NCBI GenBank assembly: GCA_030770535.1
Contig: JASVEC010000019.1
Span: 930,001-981,718 of the forward strand
Source: Batkoa obscura
Taxonomy: Eukaryota
Direction of reading: 5' to 3'
DNA: 51,718 bases
Each line of letters opens with the position of its first letter. Position 1 is the stretch's first letter. Under the pieces are notes generated by a model. That model was not told where the DNA came from, did no database searches, and saw only the letters and a program-made list of their open reading frames with translations. This document shows, one piece after another, positions 1 through 12,324 of the stretch. Made by a program: the position numbers and the translations under genes.

Positions 1-467
1 AATATAATTTGATTGTTTAATACTATTAAATCTATTAATGGTAATACATTTTCATGCTCTATAATTGTTATAATATAAAGTTCATTTAATAATAAATTCA
101 TCATTAAATCATTGTTATATATTTCTTTGACGTTATATTTAGTTGGTTTACCAATTAATAAGAAAGAGGGGTCTGTTTTACTTTCTAATAAATAAGAAGG
201 GTCGCCATAACCTAAGCCAATCTTTAAATTTAATTTATTGTAATTACGATATGAGTTTGTCTTTATACGATGATTTAACCATTTCAATAAATTGAGTTTG
301 ATTGCTTCATTTATTGTTGGTGTAGTTAAGGTTGGCAAGTAGGTAGCAGTATACTTTGGCTCTAAATTTAATAATTCTTCTTCTACTAACGTAGATTTTG
401 TTAATTTTGGTGTGGTAGATATTATAATGTCAGCAACGTTATTTATATAATTCTTCAAATAAACCAT
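1..467 (-). CDS. Divergent protein kinase-like gene, 5' part only (runs off the window)
   Basis: Open frame from ATG at 467 to the window edge: MVYLKNY...YNKLNLKIGLGYGDPSYLLESK...LLIGK...LLLNELYIITIIEHENVLPLIDLIV. Resembles a kinase N-lobe (Gly-rich loop, alphaC Glu, HENI/V-x-L motif). Catalytic loop lies outside the window. Confidence 0.6.
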   Translation of the reverse strand, partial: MVYLKNYINNVADIIISTTPKLTKSTLVEEELLNLEPKYTATYLPTLTTPTINEAIKLNLLKWLNHRIKTNSYRNYNKLNLKIGLGYGDPSYLLESKTDPSFLLIGKPTKYNVKEIYNNDLMMNLLLNELYIITIIEHENVLPLIDLIVLNNQII

Positions 468-1598
468 CTTAAAAATTAAATGTTAAGTTTCATTTTGTTA
501 CATTTATATACTCTTTTTCGCTTTATTCCTTTATCTTGGTAACATCAGATGATTTAATTATCATTGAACAGATGTTTAATTTTTAAAATATATGGCCATA
601 TTAAGTAATGTTTCTGTTAAAATACAGTTTAAAATCTATGGTACTTAGATATTTTAAACACTGTGGATTTTATTCAAACCAATGATAATGAAAATCCTTG
701 AAATATAAATAATTTCAGCAAATCAGATTAATGAATTGATAAATTAATTATTTCATTTGTTCTCAAATTCATAAAACAATACCCAAACCAATTTATTAAT
801 TATCTGAGTAAAAATTTAACTTTAAATAGAAAGGCATCGATCTAAATTTTAACAATCATGATACAAAATAAATTAATTAACCTTAAAGAGTTAATAAATC
901 TAACAAATTTAAAGATAAAAGTAAATCAATATATTGTATTAAAAAATCAAAAAATCATTGAAATATCTCCATAACATATTCTAATAATAAAAAAACTGTT
1001 GTAAAGTCATATTTATTAAAGTTCCTTTAAGTGAAAAGTTTAACCATTTTTTATTACTAATAAATCATTGAATATAATAAATTATTCAAGTATAATGAAA
1101 TTTATTCTTAGTTTCTTTATATTTATGTCATTTCCTATTACACAATAATAATGTTAATATTAATAAAATGAAAGACACTAATTATTGTGATAAAAATATT
1201 AAATATTAAACTATGGCATACTAAAACTATTATAATATAACACCCGTTTTCCAGGGTGTTTAAAGCTTTAATGGAAACTTTAAACTAAACGGGACTAAAT
1301 AATATATTTGTTTTTAAAAAGTTGCCACCTTTTATAACTGTAAAAATAAATATTACGACTACATTGTGATTCGAATAAGTTATAATCAAGCGTAATTAGA
1401 TGAAATAATCATAATAAAATTTAAGCTTAAATTAAACATTATAAATAACTATGGAATATATAAAAATCGATTAGCTTATAAATAAAGTTAAATACAATTG
1501 AAGTTAATAATAGTCATAGATAATGAGATAAATAGGTAAATAAATTTAATGAGATTAAATCACAATAACCTTATTTATTTTTAGATGAAATAGTATAT

Positions 1599-1694
1599 GG
1601 GGGTGTTTTTTGACTTGATTATTTTTTCCATTTTTAAGCGCTATTTTAGTAGAAAAATTGTTAGTAAAATTCTTAAATACAAAAGTACGTCCCC
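1599..1694 (-). mobile_element. ~97-bp MITE copy
   Basis: GGGG...CCCC ends, TSD ATAT/ATAT, family core (ttttaagcgctattt..gtggaaaa..gttagtaaaattcttaaa). MITE strand is given relative to the parent transposon at 14053. Confidence 0.9.
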
Positions 1695-1870
1695 ATATCC
1701 TAAATATCACTAAAACTATTTGTTTTACTTTTTAATTACAGACTAATAACTTGATGTGATTAATTTAAAAAAGACAAAGCTGTCTATTTTACCATTTCAG
1801 TATTAGTAACTAATGTATTATAATTTTATGTTAACGTTTTATACATTCTATCAATCTATAATAAATGAAG

Positions 1871-1926
1871 TTAACTTGTATTAACTTGTATTAACTTGTA
1901 TTAACTTGTATTAACTTGTATTAACT
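1871..1926. repeat. Tandem repeat (TTAACTTGTA) x about 5.5
   Basis: Perfect 10-bp units read directly. Confidence 0.95.
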
Positions 1927-2006
1927 GGACCAAAGATCTAACCTAAAGCTCTGTGACCAAAAATCATCAACATCTGCTTATGTATTATTTTGCCTAACTA
2001 CTGTAT

Positions 2007-2102
2007 TGGAGTGTTTTTTTTGACTTGATTATTTTTTCCATTTTTTAAGCGCTATTTAAGTGAAGCTGTTAGTAAAATTCTTAGGCACAAAAATACATTC
2101 CC
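2007..2102 (-). mobile_element. MITE copy
   Basis: Family core; TSD GTAT/GTAT. Confidence 0.85.
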
Positions 2103-2831
2103 GTATATTTTATTTGAAATTACGATAAAGTTTTCAGAAATATAAACTAATAAAAATAAATAGAAAAATTACATGGCTATTTTAATAAAAGTTGTAATGA
2201 TATGTTTATACGAATATTCCTTTCAGAAAATATGTACTTTAAAAGACTTAAATTGATATTAAAAAATACTTGTTCTAATTTTCTTAAATTTAATAGTTTT
2301 GTATTTCGCTTATAGCAATTTATAATCTTTGCTGAGTTTTGCTTAAAGTAATTTCAGCCAAACTTCGTGAGTATGACTATTTTAGAATATAAAACTAATA
2401 CAATATTCTATACTTTAAATTCTAATTACTATTAAATAATTTCAAAGAGATTAATATTAGTTTATATTAATTTCTAATTTATTATATTATTATTATAGTT
2501 GACTAAAAACAATTAAAATATTTTAAAATACTTTAAATCGTGAATTTTTAAACCTTGGAAGCATCAGAGGCATATAAGTCTTCTATTAGTGAAAGTAAGA
2601 AAAAAATAAAGTGGAGATTACTGATAAAATGAAGTTTATGAATAAAATAGAAGCTTTGGGCAAGATACAGAAAGTTGCAATATTAATTAGCTAATCCAAT
2701 GAAAGGATTTTAATTTAAGAGCACTTGCTTTGATTGGATTAGAGTATATTCAATTGTAAATTTTAACTTCATCGAAAACATCACAAACGAATAATTTTTA
2801 AAACTTAGCTTAAAAAATTGAACAAGCATAT

Positions 2832-2925
2832 AGGGATATTTTTTGATTTCATCTCTTTCTATCTTTTAAGCCGCTATTTGGGCGGAAAATTTGTTAGTAA
2901 AATTCTTGAACAAAAATACATTCTC
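2832..2925 (-). mobile_element. MITE copy
   Basis: Family core; TSD ATAT/ATAT. Confidence 0.85.
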
Positions 2926-5125
2926 ATATGTTTTGAAAATAATTAAAAATAAAATAGAATTATTTACATTAACATATTTTCAAAGTTAAGTAATTTGAAA
3001 ATATGTTAACTTTAAATCAAATATTGTTTAAATAGTTTAATATTGAATACTTTTGCAACTTTCTAGGTAAATTTTAAACTTTATTTATTAATCAACCACA
3101 TATAGATTCTCTTTGTTATCAAAATTCTAAATGAGTGAATAAAAAAGAAAATAAATTCAATGATTTACTAAATATAGTTATTTGAGATTTGTTTTTTCAT
3201 AATCAAATTGGTTTAAAATTTATATTTAAAATCACATGAATTGAATTAACAACTATTAATTTTTTTTGCTATACAATATTATATTTAAAACTGAATGTCT
3301 AAAATTTCATGGATATAAATTCTTAGTTATAAACATCTTTCCATATAAGATAGTGACTAAGTTAGATATAAATTATAATATTGTATTTTAAGCTCTAAAA
3401 AATTTTATATTTATTCTTTTCAACAATCGAATGACTTTTTGTAAATAAGCTTTAATTAGTATATGAAAAAATTAAAATAAGCTAAATAATGGACTTTACC
3501 TAGATTAAGCGATATACTTTTATAGTAGATAGCGCATGGATTAAAAATGGAATAAAGATTGATATATTCATAAAGTCCTTTTTGTTCTATATGTGTTTAA
3601 TCTATTATTCAAATGGAGCAATTAATCCTAATTTTGAAGTTCTATATAAACACTCCTAATTAATTTGTAAGAATAGATAATAAAAACCTATAAAAGTAAA
3701 ACAATACTTCATTAGAAATGCTTTTAACCGATATTAATAGTAATCTAAAATCCTATTGAGGTTTTTAATTAATAGTTTGGAATTTTAAATATGAATTTTG
3801 CAGAAATAGCCTTACTTTGATAAACTATAATGATATATCCATAGCTGGGTATTTTCTAGTCGTTTCAAGCTTATATAGTTGTTTATACTATTACTATATT
3901 ATTATAATGTTATATAAACACAGCTGTTAGTCATTGATTAATACTAATAATTGATAGAAAAACCTAATCACATGTTCTTATAACGATACTTGAAAGCTAT
4001 ACCATCGTGATTGTATATATCTGAGGTTTTTAACCATTTATTGTTAGTTTCCAGTTTAATTCAAAATAAAAGTTACTCTTTATGAGTTTTTAGAAATGGT
4101 TTTTATTAGTATGGTTCACATTAAAGTCCATCTTATTTCATTTAAATTGAGAACCAACGAAGAATAATCAACAAAAAATGCGGATATATATAACCACTGG
4201 TGTAAGTTCATTTTAATCGACTCCCATATTAATACGTTTAAACTTGTTTAAAATATGGTTTCTAAAATTATTGTATTTGGACATGTATTCTATAAATTAA
4301 ATCTAATAAATATAAAGACAATATTATATAAAAACGTAGAAAGTGCCATGTATAGCTGTGTATTCATACTTGTTTATATAAGGATAAGTATTCAATTAAC
4401 TTTGTTTAACTTGAAAAATAACACCGGTATGATAAAGGAATTCCTTTTGATTTAAGTTTTAAGTTTGCTTAGTAAAAGATATAATGTCAAACTATACAAT
4501 CTAAATTATTAAAGTAGTAGTCGAAAAATCTGTACTAAAAACATAATAACTTATTCGAATTTAATTATTACATTGCTCACATAAAATACATATGTTCAGC
4601 GTTTATATTTATTATTCATTAATCTAGATTTGGACCATATTATTAACTAAAACAAATATTGATGAGAAGTTTACTAAAAGTCTGTAATATAATGAGCATT
4701 TCTAAAGTCAGAACAATAGTATACTGAAGTAGTCATGAGACATTAAATATTGATTTGTTTCATGATAATGATTTCTAGATAATATCGGCTTTAATTAAAT
4801 CCTCACTGTCACTGAAACCTAAAGGATAAAGGATTGAAGTTGAACCTCATTAAACAATAACCAAAAAATGGTTTTTCAACCTTATTGAATGTCACGTTTT
4901 GATCTCCTTTATTATAAAAACTCACTTATTTAATTAAAATTACGATTTTATCCACTTATTAACTTTATCATTCTATGAATTTACTTAAACATGTATTTAA
5001 GCTCAGATCAAATAGACATTTAATTAGTATATTAACATCATACTATTGAAATTTATATTGTTAGATTAAATAACATAGTTATTTCAGGTCTTATTTGTAT
5101 TTTTGTAAGTTTTAAAGAATCAAAT

Positions 5126-5221
5126 GGGGATGTATTTTTGTGTTTAAGAATTTTACTAACGAATTTTCCACTCAAATAGCACTTAAAAGATAGAAAAAGT
5201 GATAAAGCCAAAAAAATCCCA
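5126..5221 (+). mobile_element. MITE copy
   Basis: Family core; probable TSD AAAT/AAAT. Confidence 0.85.
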
Positions 5222-5837
5222 AAATATCTTTCATTTCAACTAAATTTAATGATAGAAGCAATTAATTTGTTTTATTAAATTTTTCCTGACTTTATAGAAA
5301 TTTCTTAAAGTAAACCTCATAATTAAAGACAATAACTCGCATTAGATAACCCTCATAAAAGTCATACTATGTTAAATCATTTATTGATTTTTCAAACTAT
5401 ATTTTTTTCTAAAATAATAAAACGACCATATTTTAACAAGGATTCGGCTTATTAAAAAATTTGCTTCATTTTTTTACAAATTACTAATAATATAGCCAAG
5501 ATTTCTAGGAATAAAAAATAGAACTATTGAATATTTTTAGAAGGTTGATTGATTGCTAATTTAGGAACTTATAATTATTTAATAAAAAGAACTGTTCTTT
5601 TAAGTGTATTTTCACAATAAAGCCAAGCTAACTTATTAAGAAAAAGAAGCTATTTTTTTTTCTTTAAAAGTACAAGTAACAACTTTAGAATAAATTTCAT
5701 TTAGTTCAAATGTTCAACTCAAAATATACCAACAATAGCAATAAAGTACCTTGAAGCTGATTGGGTTCTTTGAAATTTTAAAAAGTATATAAAGCAAAGG
5801 GTTATGGCATTGTTTTATTTAAAAATAAACTTAGAAG

Positions 5838-6488
5838 ATGACTAAAGAAATTTGCAATAGTTACATGAATTTAAATGTCTGTTCAAGTCCTTGGAATCCC
5901 GAAACATATAACTACTGTAATTTATTAAATCTAAAAAACAACATCCACTTGAATCCTATTTCTATAAGCAGTAGCTTTAGTATGAATAGTGTCCCTATTT
6001 TATATAATAACCTCTCATGCTGTGACAATGTAGTGAGTGATATAAAGCATAATACACAACAAACAAGTAAGCCAAAAACCCTGACGCGCTCCAAAGAGTT
6101 ATTCGAATACTTCATTGATGATAAAGCACAGTTTAATTTAGAGTATAAACTCGAATTAAACATGAAACAATTGGATTATGTTTTGATAGATAACTTTTAT
6201 CTGATTAGAAATATCGATATAATGAAGAAAGTGTGTATACATGATATGATGTTTTTGAAGAAAAATTCAGTCATTCCTTTTTATAAATTAAATTTGTTAA
6301 TCATATGCTTGCTGACTTTGTCTCTTGTCCCGGAATTAAATTTACAGCATATGATCCCGGAATATGTAGATAGGTTAAGGAATGTTACACTAAACGTCCA
6401 TCAATTATGTCTAAAAAAACAGGCTTCATTTACTAACTACTATTACATTGATCTTGCTAGAAACTTGTTTTCATATTTAAACCAATAA
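5838..6488 (+). CDS. Hypothetical protein (216 aa)
   Basis: Intronless ORF that is long for this AT content; TATATAAA about 50 bp upstream and AATAAA at the stop. No family confidently recognised. Confidence 0.55.
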   Translation: MTKEICNSYMNLNVCSSPWNPETYNYCNLLNLKNNIHLNPISISSSFSMNSVPILYNNLSCCDNVVSDIKHNTQQTSKPKTLTRSKELFEYFIDDKAQFNLEYKLELNMKQLDYVLIDNFYLIRNIDIMKKVCIHDMMFLKKNSVIPFYKLNLLIICLLTLSLVPELNLQHMIPEYVDRLRNVTLNVHQLCLKKQASFTNYYYIDLARNLFSYLNQ

Positions 6489-6592
6489 ATTATTTTTTGT
6501 TAAATTCAATTCTTGTTTTTTATCCTTTTTAAAAAATAAAAATGTATAGCCATACTGAAGATTTTTGCTTTATTTATAAGACATCAGTATAT

Positions 6593-7809
6593 GGGGTTGT
6601 CTGAATTAGTTTCATTGTTTTATACAATTTTTTTTAAAAATTGTATTTTAAAAACTTCGCTTAAAATTCTATAAAATCAAATTTTTTATTAAAACAAAAG
6701 CACCCAGACACAGCTCTAAATCATTCTATTATAGTTTATAATGTAAGCTAGTTGAATTTCTACTAGATCTTAAATACATATTCTTATAAAACTTTATTGA
6801 GAAATATTTATTATAAACTGCTTTATAATCAGCATCGCAGGTTTGTTATCAAATAAATAAATTATTTTAATGTTATAATTATATTATTAATATATTCATA
6901 AGTTAATAAATAGCTACATAGAAGGGAGTGGTTAGCCCTAAAAATATAATTAACCATCGATATATAGTACAGGTAACAATAGTTTTTACATATTATTACA
7001 GTTACTTGTTCTTTGAGTATTTATTAACTTAACTATTAATAACTTAAGTAATCTTAACATTTAACAATCTATTTCTATCATTTAACAAACTACTTACTTG
7101 CTTAATGAATATCGAAATTTTTAAATTCTCTGTTATCTTTGTGAGGTAAGCTGGGATTGATCTTTTAATTCTTGTATTTTCTATAGACTCTATAACTTTA
7201 ATTGGAACTATATCGCTTTTTTTTTGATGTATCGGATACTGGATAACAGTGTAGTTTATTGTTATGTTTAATAAAGTGTGAATACTTCTTAATACCTTGA
7301 ACCTCTATTATTCTTTTTGTGTTTTTGTTTCTTTTATACTTTTAAAAAGTCATATCTGTTTTCCCATTATTAACAGTCGAGTTATTAATTTTATTATGCT
7401 CGCAAATAAAAGCCTCAAATCTTGAAATTAATTGATCGATATCTTCTATTTTACCTAACGCTTCAAAAGCACTTTTCTATTTTGAAAGGTTTCCAAAATG
7501 TCCATCAACTATACTTTTTCCATGATGCTCAGCAAAAAAATTAAGATTAACATTCAAACTACTATTTATTTTATGAATTTGTTTAAACATATAATGTAGG
7601 AACTCTTGGGATCTAAAATGATTTCCCGTATCTGCCCATATATTAATTTTTATAAACTTTTAAATAAAAGCTCTGTAGAGATTAAATCGATTAAACAATC
7701 TCCTGCATATGGGAATGTATTTTTATATTTAAGAATTTTACTAACAAATTCTCCACTTAAATGGCGCTTAAAAAATGTAAAAAGTAATGAAGTCAAAAAA
7801 AAAATCCCC
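6593..7809 (-). mobile_element. 1217-bp non-autonomous composite element (MITE plus right half of the DDD transposon)
   Basis: Reverse complement of 15493-16709 with only about 4 substitutions seen by eye; begins GGGGTTGTCTG, ends ATCCCC; flanked by ATAT (6589-6592) and ATAT (7810-7813). Confidence 0.9.
7711..7809 (+). mobile_element. MITE copy forming one terminus of the composite element
   Basis: Matches the reverse complement of 15493-15591; ATAT on both sides. Confidence 0.9.
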
Positions 7810-8157
7810 ATATATTATTTTTACTTGAGGTCACAAATTTAGAACTTTATTGATGACATAAAGTTTATAAGAATTATAGTTATTCTAATAAATAAAATTT
7901 CACCAAATAACTTTGTACATTTTCAAAACCGCGCCCTTGTATTTTCAAGTGGTAGTATTATTTTATTAACTTATTCTTTGAACCCTTACCTTCAAGCAAA
8001 AGTGCCAAGTGTTTTATTCATAACGAAAAAACACAGTTTCTTTTTATTTTCAAAGATATAAAGTTATTACAGCTCTTTTACAACCCTCAGCGATTTTTTT
8101 TGTAGATTATTTGTATAGGCGATTTTTTCAAATTTAATCTTATATTAAATTGTATAT

Positions 8158-8254
8158 GGGGTTTTTTTTTTGCTTCATTACTTTTTCCATCTTTTAAGCA
8201 CTATTTGAGTAGAAAATTCGTTAGTAAAACTCTTAAACACAAAAATACATCCCC
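8158..8254 (-). mobile_element. MITE copy
   Basis: Family core; flanks ATAT/CTAT. Confidence 0.85.
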
Positions 8255-8374
8255 CTATCATGGTTTTTTTCTCTTAAATGAGTAATTGTATTGCAAGAGC
8301 TGCTACAACAGCTGTAAAAACCAAATTCGAAGTAACTAATCTAAGCTAAAGTATTAATTAAATGTCATTAATAT

Positions 8375-8472
8375 GGTGATATATTTTTTTATTTAAGGAT
8401 TTTACTAGGAATTTTTCCATTCAAACAGCACTTAGTAAATGGAAAAAGTGATGAAACCAAAAAAGCACTTCC
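8375..8472 (+). mobile_element. MITE copy (diverged)
   Basis: Family core; TSD ATAT/ATAT. Confidence 0.8.
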
Positions 8473-8496
8473 ATATAGTTAGTTACCTTTATATCA

Positions 8497-8592
8497 GGGG
8501 ATTTATTTTTGTATTTAAAAGTTTTACTAACAATTTTCCACTCAGATAGCGCTTAAAATATGGAAAGTAATGAAGTCAAAAAAAACATCCCC
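8497..8592 (+). mobile_element. MITE copy
   Basis: Family core, GGGG...CCCC ends; TSD not clean. Confidence 0.85.
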
Positions 8593-9192
8593 ATAGTTTA
8601 ACAAACAATCTTTTAAAACTTAATCTACTTAAAAATGCATAAAAAGCTTTAAAATATTCTCAGATAGTTTTATTGTTTGTATTTTATATCAGCTAAAATC
8701 GATTTATGTAGTGCAATATTGATAAAGCATTATTGATTCGTAGCTTTTGCAACTAAATATTAATAGATTTTTATTTGGTTTTATTATTAGCTTTTTAAAG
8801 ACACTTATTAATTAAGCCAGCTTAAATGACAGCACAATAGATATATAAGCTTTGAAGCATAAATAAATATCCAAACTCAAGTTGACTATTGTAAAGTACC
8901 AAATAGCTTCATAAACGACCAATATAGATTAAGAAAATAGACTAATAATATAGCTTCTTACTCAATAATTTTTTTAAATTTAATTATGAGACCTCCTTCA
9001 ACTTAAGTTTATCTTTTAGCATTTTTTAAGCTCAAGAGTGAGCCCAATGACGATGACTTTAATATTACAATCTAAAGCCTTAAAGTAATAAAAGAATCAA
9101 GAATTTTTATAAAGAGTTATATTTCATTAGAACTAAACAAAGTAGACTAAACAACTCAATTATTTTATTAAGCAAATGAAGTAATTATGTTA

Positions 9193-10596
9193 CTAATTAT
9201 AATAAGGGGAAGTGGTAGCAGTATACTCGCTATTAATGGAAGCTTCATAGCCACCAGTTGGGTAAATTGTAGTAGTTAAAGTAGATACTGTATTATAGCT
9301 ATCAGTAGTAAGTGAGTATGTCACAGTAGGAGTAACAGTGTAATATTCTCCATTATTATTAGTAGTGGTAATGCATGGTAAAGTAGTTGCAGAAGGAACG
9401 GTATAGCTATCATGAATATTGGTAATAGTAATTGTTTCTCCATAAGAATCAGTAGTAGTAGAGCATGGAGTAGTACTTGAGTTATCAGAGTATGAGGAGC
9501 TAGTTGTATATTGACCAGTTTGATATCCGGTTGAGGTTGGAATGTCATAGGATGGAGTGCTAGTAGAATAAACTGGAATAGATGATGAAGCAGTATAAGT
9601 TGGAACTACGGAGTCAGTGGTACATGGAGTAGTTGTACTGGTGGTGTATGTTGGAACTACAGAATCAGTAGTGCATGGAGTACTAGTAGAATAAACTGGG
9701 ACAGATGATGAAGCAGTATAAGTTGGAACTACAGAGTCAGTGGTGCATGGAGTAGTAGTACTAGTAGTATAAGTTGGAACTACAGAGTCAGTAGTACATG
9801 GAGTGGTGGTGCTAGTAGTATAAGTTGGAACTACAGAGTCAGTAGTACATGGAGTGGTGGTGCTAGTAGTATAAGTTGGAACTACAGAGTCAGTGGTACA
9901 TGGAGTAGTTGTACTGGTGGTGTATGTTGGAACTACAGAATCAGTAGTGCATGGAGTACTAGTAGAATAAACTGGGACAGATGATGAAGCAGTATAAGTT
10001 GGAACTACAGAGTCAGTGGTGCATGGAGTAGTAGTACTAGTAGTATAAGTTGGAACTACAGAGTCAGTGGTACATGGAGTGGTGGTGTTAGTGGTGTAAG
10101 TTGGAACTACAGAGTCAGTAGTGCATGGAGTACTAGTAGAATAAACCGGGGCAGATGATGAAGTAGTAGTGTAGGTTGGAACTACGGAATCAGTAGTACA
10201 TGGAGTGGTAGTACTAGCAGTATAAGTTGGAACTACAACACTGGTGGTAGGACTAACTGGAGCACATCTTGAAAAGACCTTAGTGTATATTCGACATTTA
10301 TGAATTCTTTTATCATTGTCAACTCTTATCTCATCATGGAAAGCAATAAGTTTATGCTCACGATGATGTTTTTCAGTATGGTGATAAACAGTGCTAGTGT
10401 GGTATTCAGTAACATGGTGAGTTTCTGTATGATGATGAACACTTGTGACGGGTGCATTTGTTGAATATTGCGATGGCAAAGCAGCAATTGACGAGGCAGT
10501 GTTGTATGGGGCAGTGACAGCATAGTGGGCGTTTAGATCATTTACTAAAGCTAAAGTAAGCAAAGTTTGGACAGATAGATTATTAAAACTGAGCAT
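9193..10596 (-). CDS. Secreted Thr/Ser-rich tandem-repeat protein (mucin/adhesin-like cell-surface protein)
   Basis: 467-aa ORF with hydrophobic N-terminus, a His-rich segment and 11 copies of PCTTDSVVPTY in 17-aa and ~24-aa units. Confidence 0.85.
   Translation of the reverse strand: MLSFNNLSVQTLLTLALVNDLNAHYAVTAPYNTASSIAALPSQYSTNAPVTSVHHHTETHHVTEYHTSTVYHHTEKHHREHKLIAFHDEIRVDNDKRIHKCRIYTKVFSRCAPVSPTTSVVVPTYTASTTTPCTTDSVVPTYTTTSSSAPVYSTSTPCTTDSVVPTYTTNTTTPCTTDSVVPTYTTSTTTPCTTDSVVPTYTASSSVPVYSTSTPCTTDSVVPTYTTSTTTPCTTDSVVPTYTTSTTTPCTTDSVVPTYTTSTTTPCTTDSVVPTYTTSTTTPCTTDSVVPTYTASSSVPVYSTSTPCTTDSVVPTYTTSTTTPCTTDSVVPTYTASSSIPVYSTSTPSYDIPTSTGYQTGQYTTSSSYSDNSSTTPCSTTTDSYGETITITNIHDSYTVPSATTLPCITTTNNNGEYYTVTPTVTYSLTTDSYNTVSTLTTTIYPTGGYEASINSEYTATTSPYYN
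9555..10240 (-). repeat. Coding minisatellite (51-bp and ~72-bp units)
   Basis: Recurring gttggaactacagagtcagt..catggagt; boundaries approximate. Confidence 0.9.
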
Positions 10597-11330
10597 AGCT
10601 AAGAACTTTTGATATTAAGTAGATTAGATAAAAGTAAATTAAGAAATTATTAGCGATGATATTTTTCTACTTCGTTATTTTGCTTTGTTTATATACATCA
10701 TATTTCTATCTGTTGCTCTTGTATCTTTATAACTCCAAATACTTTAAATTTCCCCCTCTCTTATTAAGGGATGCTCATTTATAAATGTATTATGTTTCTA
10801 ATATAACTTGTAATATATTGTTTTTTAAATCTTGAAGTTGATACTTTTTCAAGTTAACATTAAAACCTCAATTATACTTTTTCTAATTTATGCTCCAATC
10901 AATGCTATATTAAAAAATAATGGTTTTGATATACTTTTACAACGATGTGGGGTAAATAAAAACAAAAATAAAAATAAAAATATAGCCTTGCAATAAATTT
11001 GGAAATATATGATATTACATGATCCTTATAACTCTTATAGTTTTTATAGCAAACAAAAAGCGATGTAAATTTATATTAAACAATTTACGAATCCTCAAAT
11101 ATAAATGTTATACTATAATTAACTTATAAATAGCCACTAATATAAAATGACAAGCTTTATTTCATGATTTTAATCAAAATAACTATACAGCTCATTTTTA
11201 GACATTAATTCAGATATGCTCCTGAAACTTTAATTAATTTACAAAATATTTTTTACTTAAAATAAGGACAATTTATTAATCAAGCGTAGTTAAATTTTAT
11301 TGATTTGATCAAGTTTAAGGTTTAATAAAT

Positions 11331-11424
11331 GGGGTGTTTTTTTGGTTTCATTACTTTTTCCATTTTTTAAGTTCTGTTAATTGAAAAATTGTTAATAAAA
11401 TTCTTAAACAAAAAATATATCCCC
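11331..11424 (-). mobile_element. MITE copy
   Basis: TSD AAAT/AAAT; GGGG...CCCC ends. Confidence 0.85.
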
Positions 11425-11669
11425 AAATGTTGTAACTGTCAACAATAAAGTATGTTTAATAATAAAATACATTTTTTAATTGTGTTTTACAGAACTAAAT
11501 TCAGATATAGTCTATAACAAAAATAAACATATAGTATTGAATGAATGCCATAGTGTAAATAAGCAAATTTAAAATGTAATATAGTTGAAGACCATATATT
11601 ACGTTTTAAAACTATTTAATAGGCAATGATAAATATAAATGCTAAAGGTGCTCTAAATAAATACCATAT

Positions 11670-11768
11670 GGGGATGATTTTTTTCATTTCATTACTTTTT
11701 CCACCTTTTAAGCGCTATTTGAGCGGAAAATTTATTAGTAAAATTCTTAAACGTAAAAATACATCCCC
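11670..11768 (-). mobile_element. MITE copy
   Basis: TSD ATAT/ATAT; family core. Confidence 0.9.
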
Positions 11769-11794
11769 ATATGAATAATTTAATTATACCACAT

Positions 11795-11893
11795 GAGGAT
11801 GTATTTTTGTGTTTAAGAATTTTACTAACAATCTTTCCGCTTAAACAGCAGCTAAAAGATAGAAAAAGTAATGAAAGCAAAAAAAACATCCCT
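11795..11893 (+). mobile_element. MITE copy
   Basis: Flanks ACAT/ATAT; inverted relative to the neighbour 26 bp away. Confidence 0.85.
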
Positions 11894-12226
11894 ATATTTT
11901 TGATATTAAAATTTAACCAATTAAATAACATGCCATTTTATTATATATTGAGATTTTAAAGAAAACAATAGACACTACAAACTTACAGTCTTTATTTTGA
12001 AATAAATAAAAAGGTTTCATATAATCATTGTTAGTAGAACACAAACGTATTTGAGTAAATTATATGTGTTTTCGTATGGAGGCTATAATAAAGGTAAATG
12101 CATTATAGATATTTGAATATTTAGTTAATACGTTTTTATGTTATTATTATTTATGTAGAAGAATAAGGGGTAGGAATTATTTGTTAATTCCAGTTATTAT
12201 AACTGGGTACTTAGTATAATAAATAT

Positions 12227-12324
12227 GGGGATGTCTTTTTGTGTTTAAGAATTTTACTAATAATTTTTTCGCTTAAGTAGTGCTTAAAAATGGAAAAAGT
12301 GATGAACCCAAAAAAGACATCCCT
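12227..12324 (+). mobile_element. MITE copy
   Basis: TSD ATAT/ATAT; family core. Confidence 0.85.

Noticed and set aside
4255..4455. Isolated short ORFs 4255-4455, 13068-13268 and 16881-17126
   Set aside because: Short, composition typical of random AT-rich DNA, no motifs; 13068-13268 crosses an LTR boundary.
7606..7842. ORF-track proteins 7606-7842 and 15436-15696 (nearly identical)
   Set aside because: Antisense frames across the transposase remnant and MITE; identity comes from the duplicated element, not a gene family.
11692..11959. ORFs 11692-11931, 11771-11959 and 19694-19951
   Set aside because: Made almost entirely of MITE sequence.
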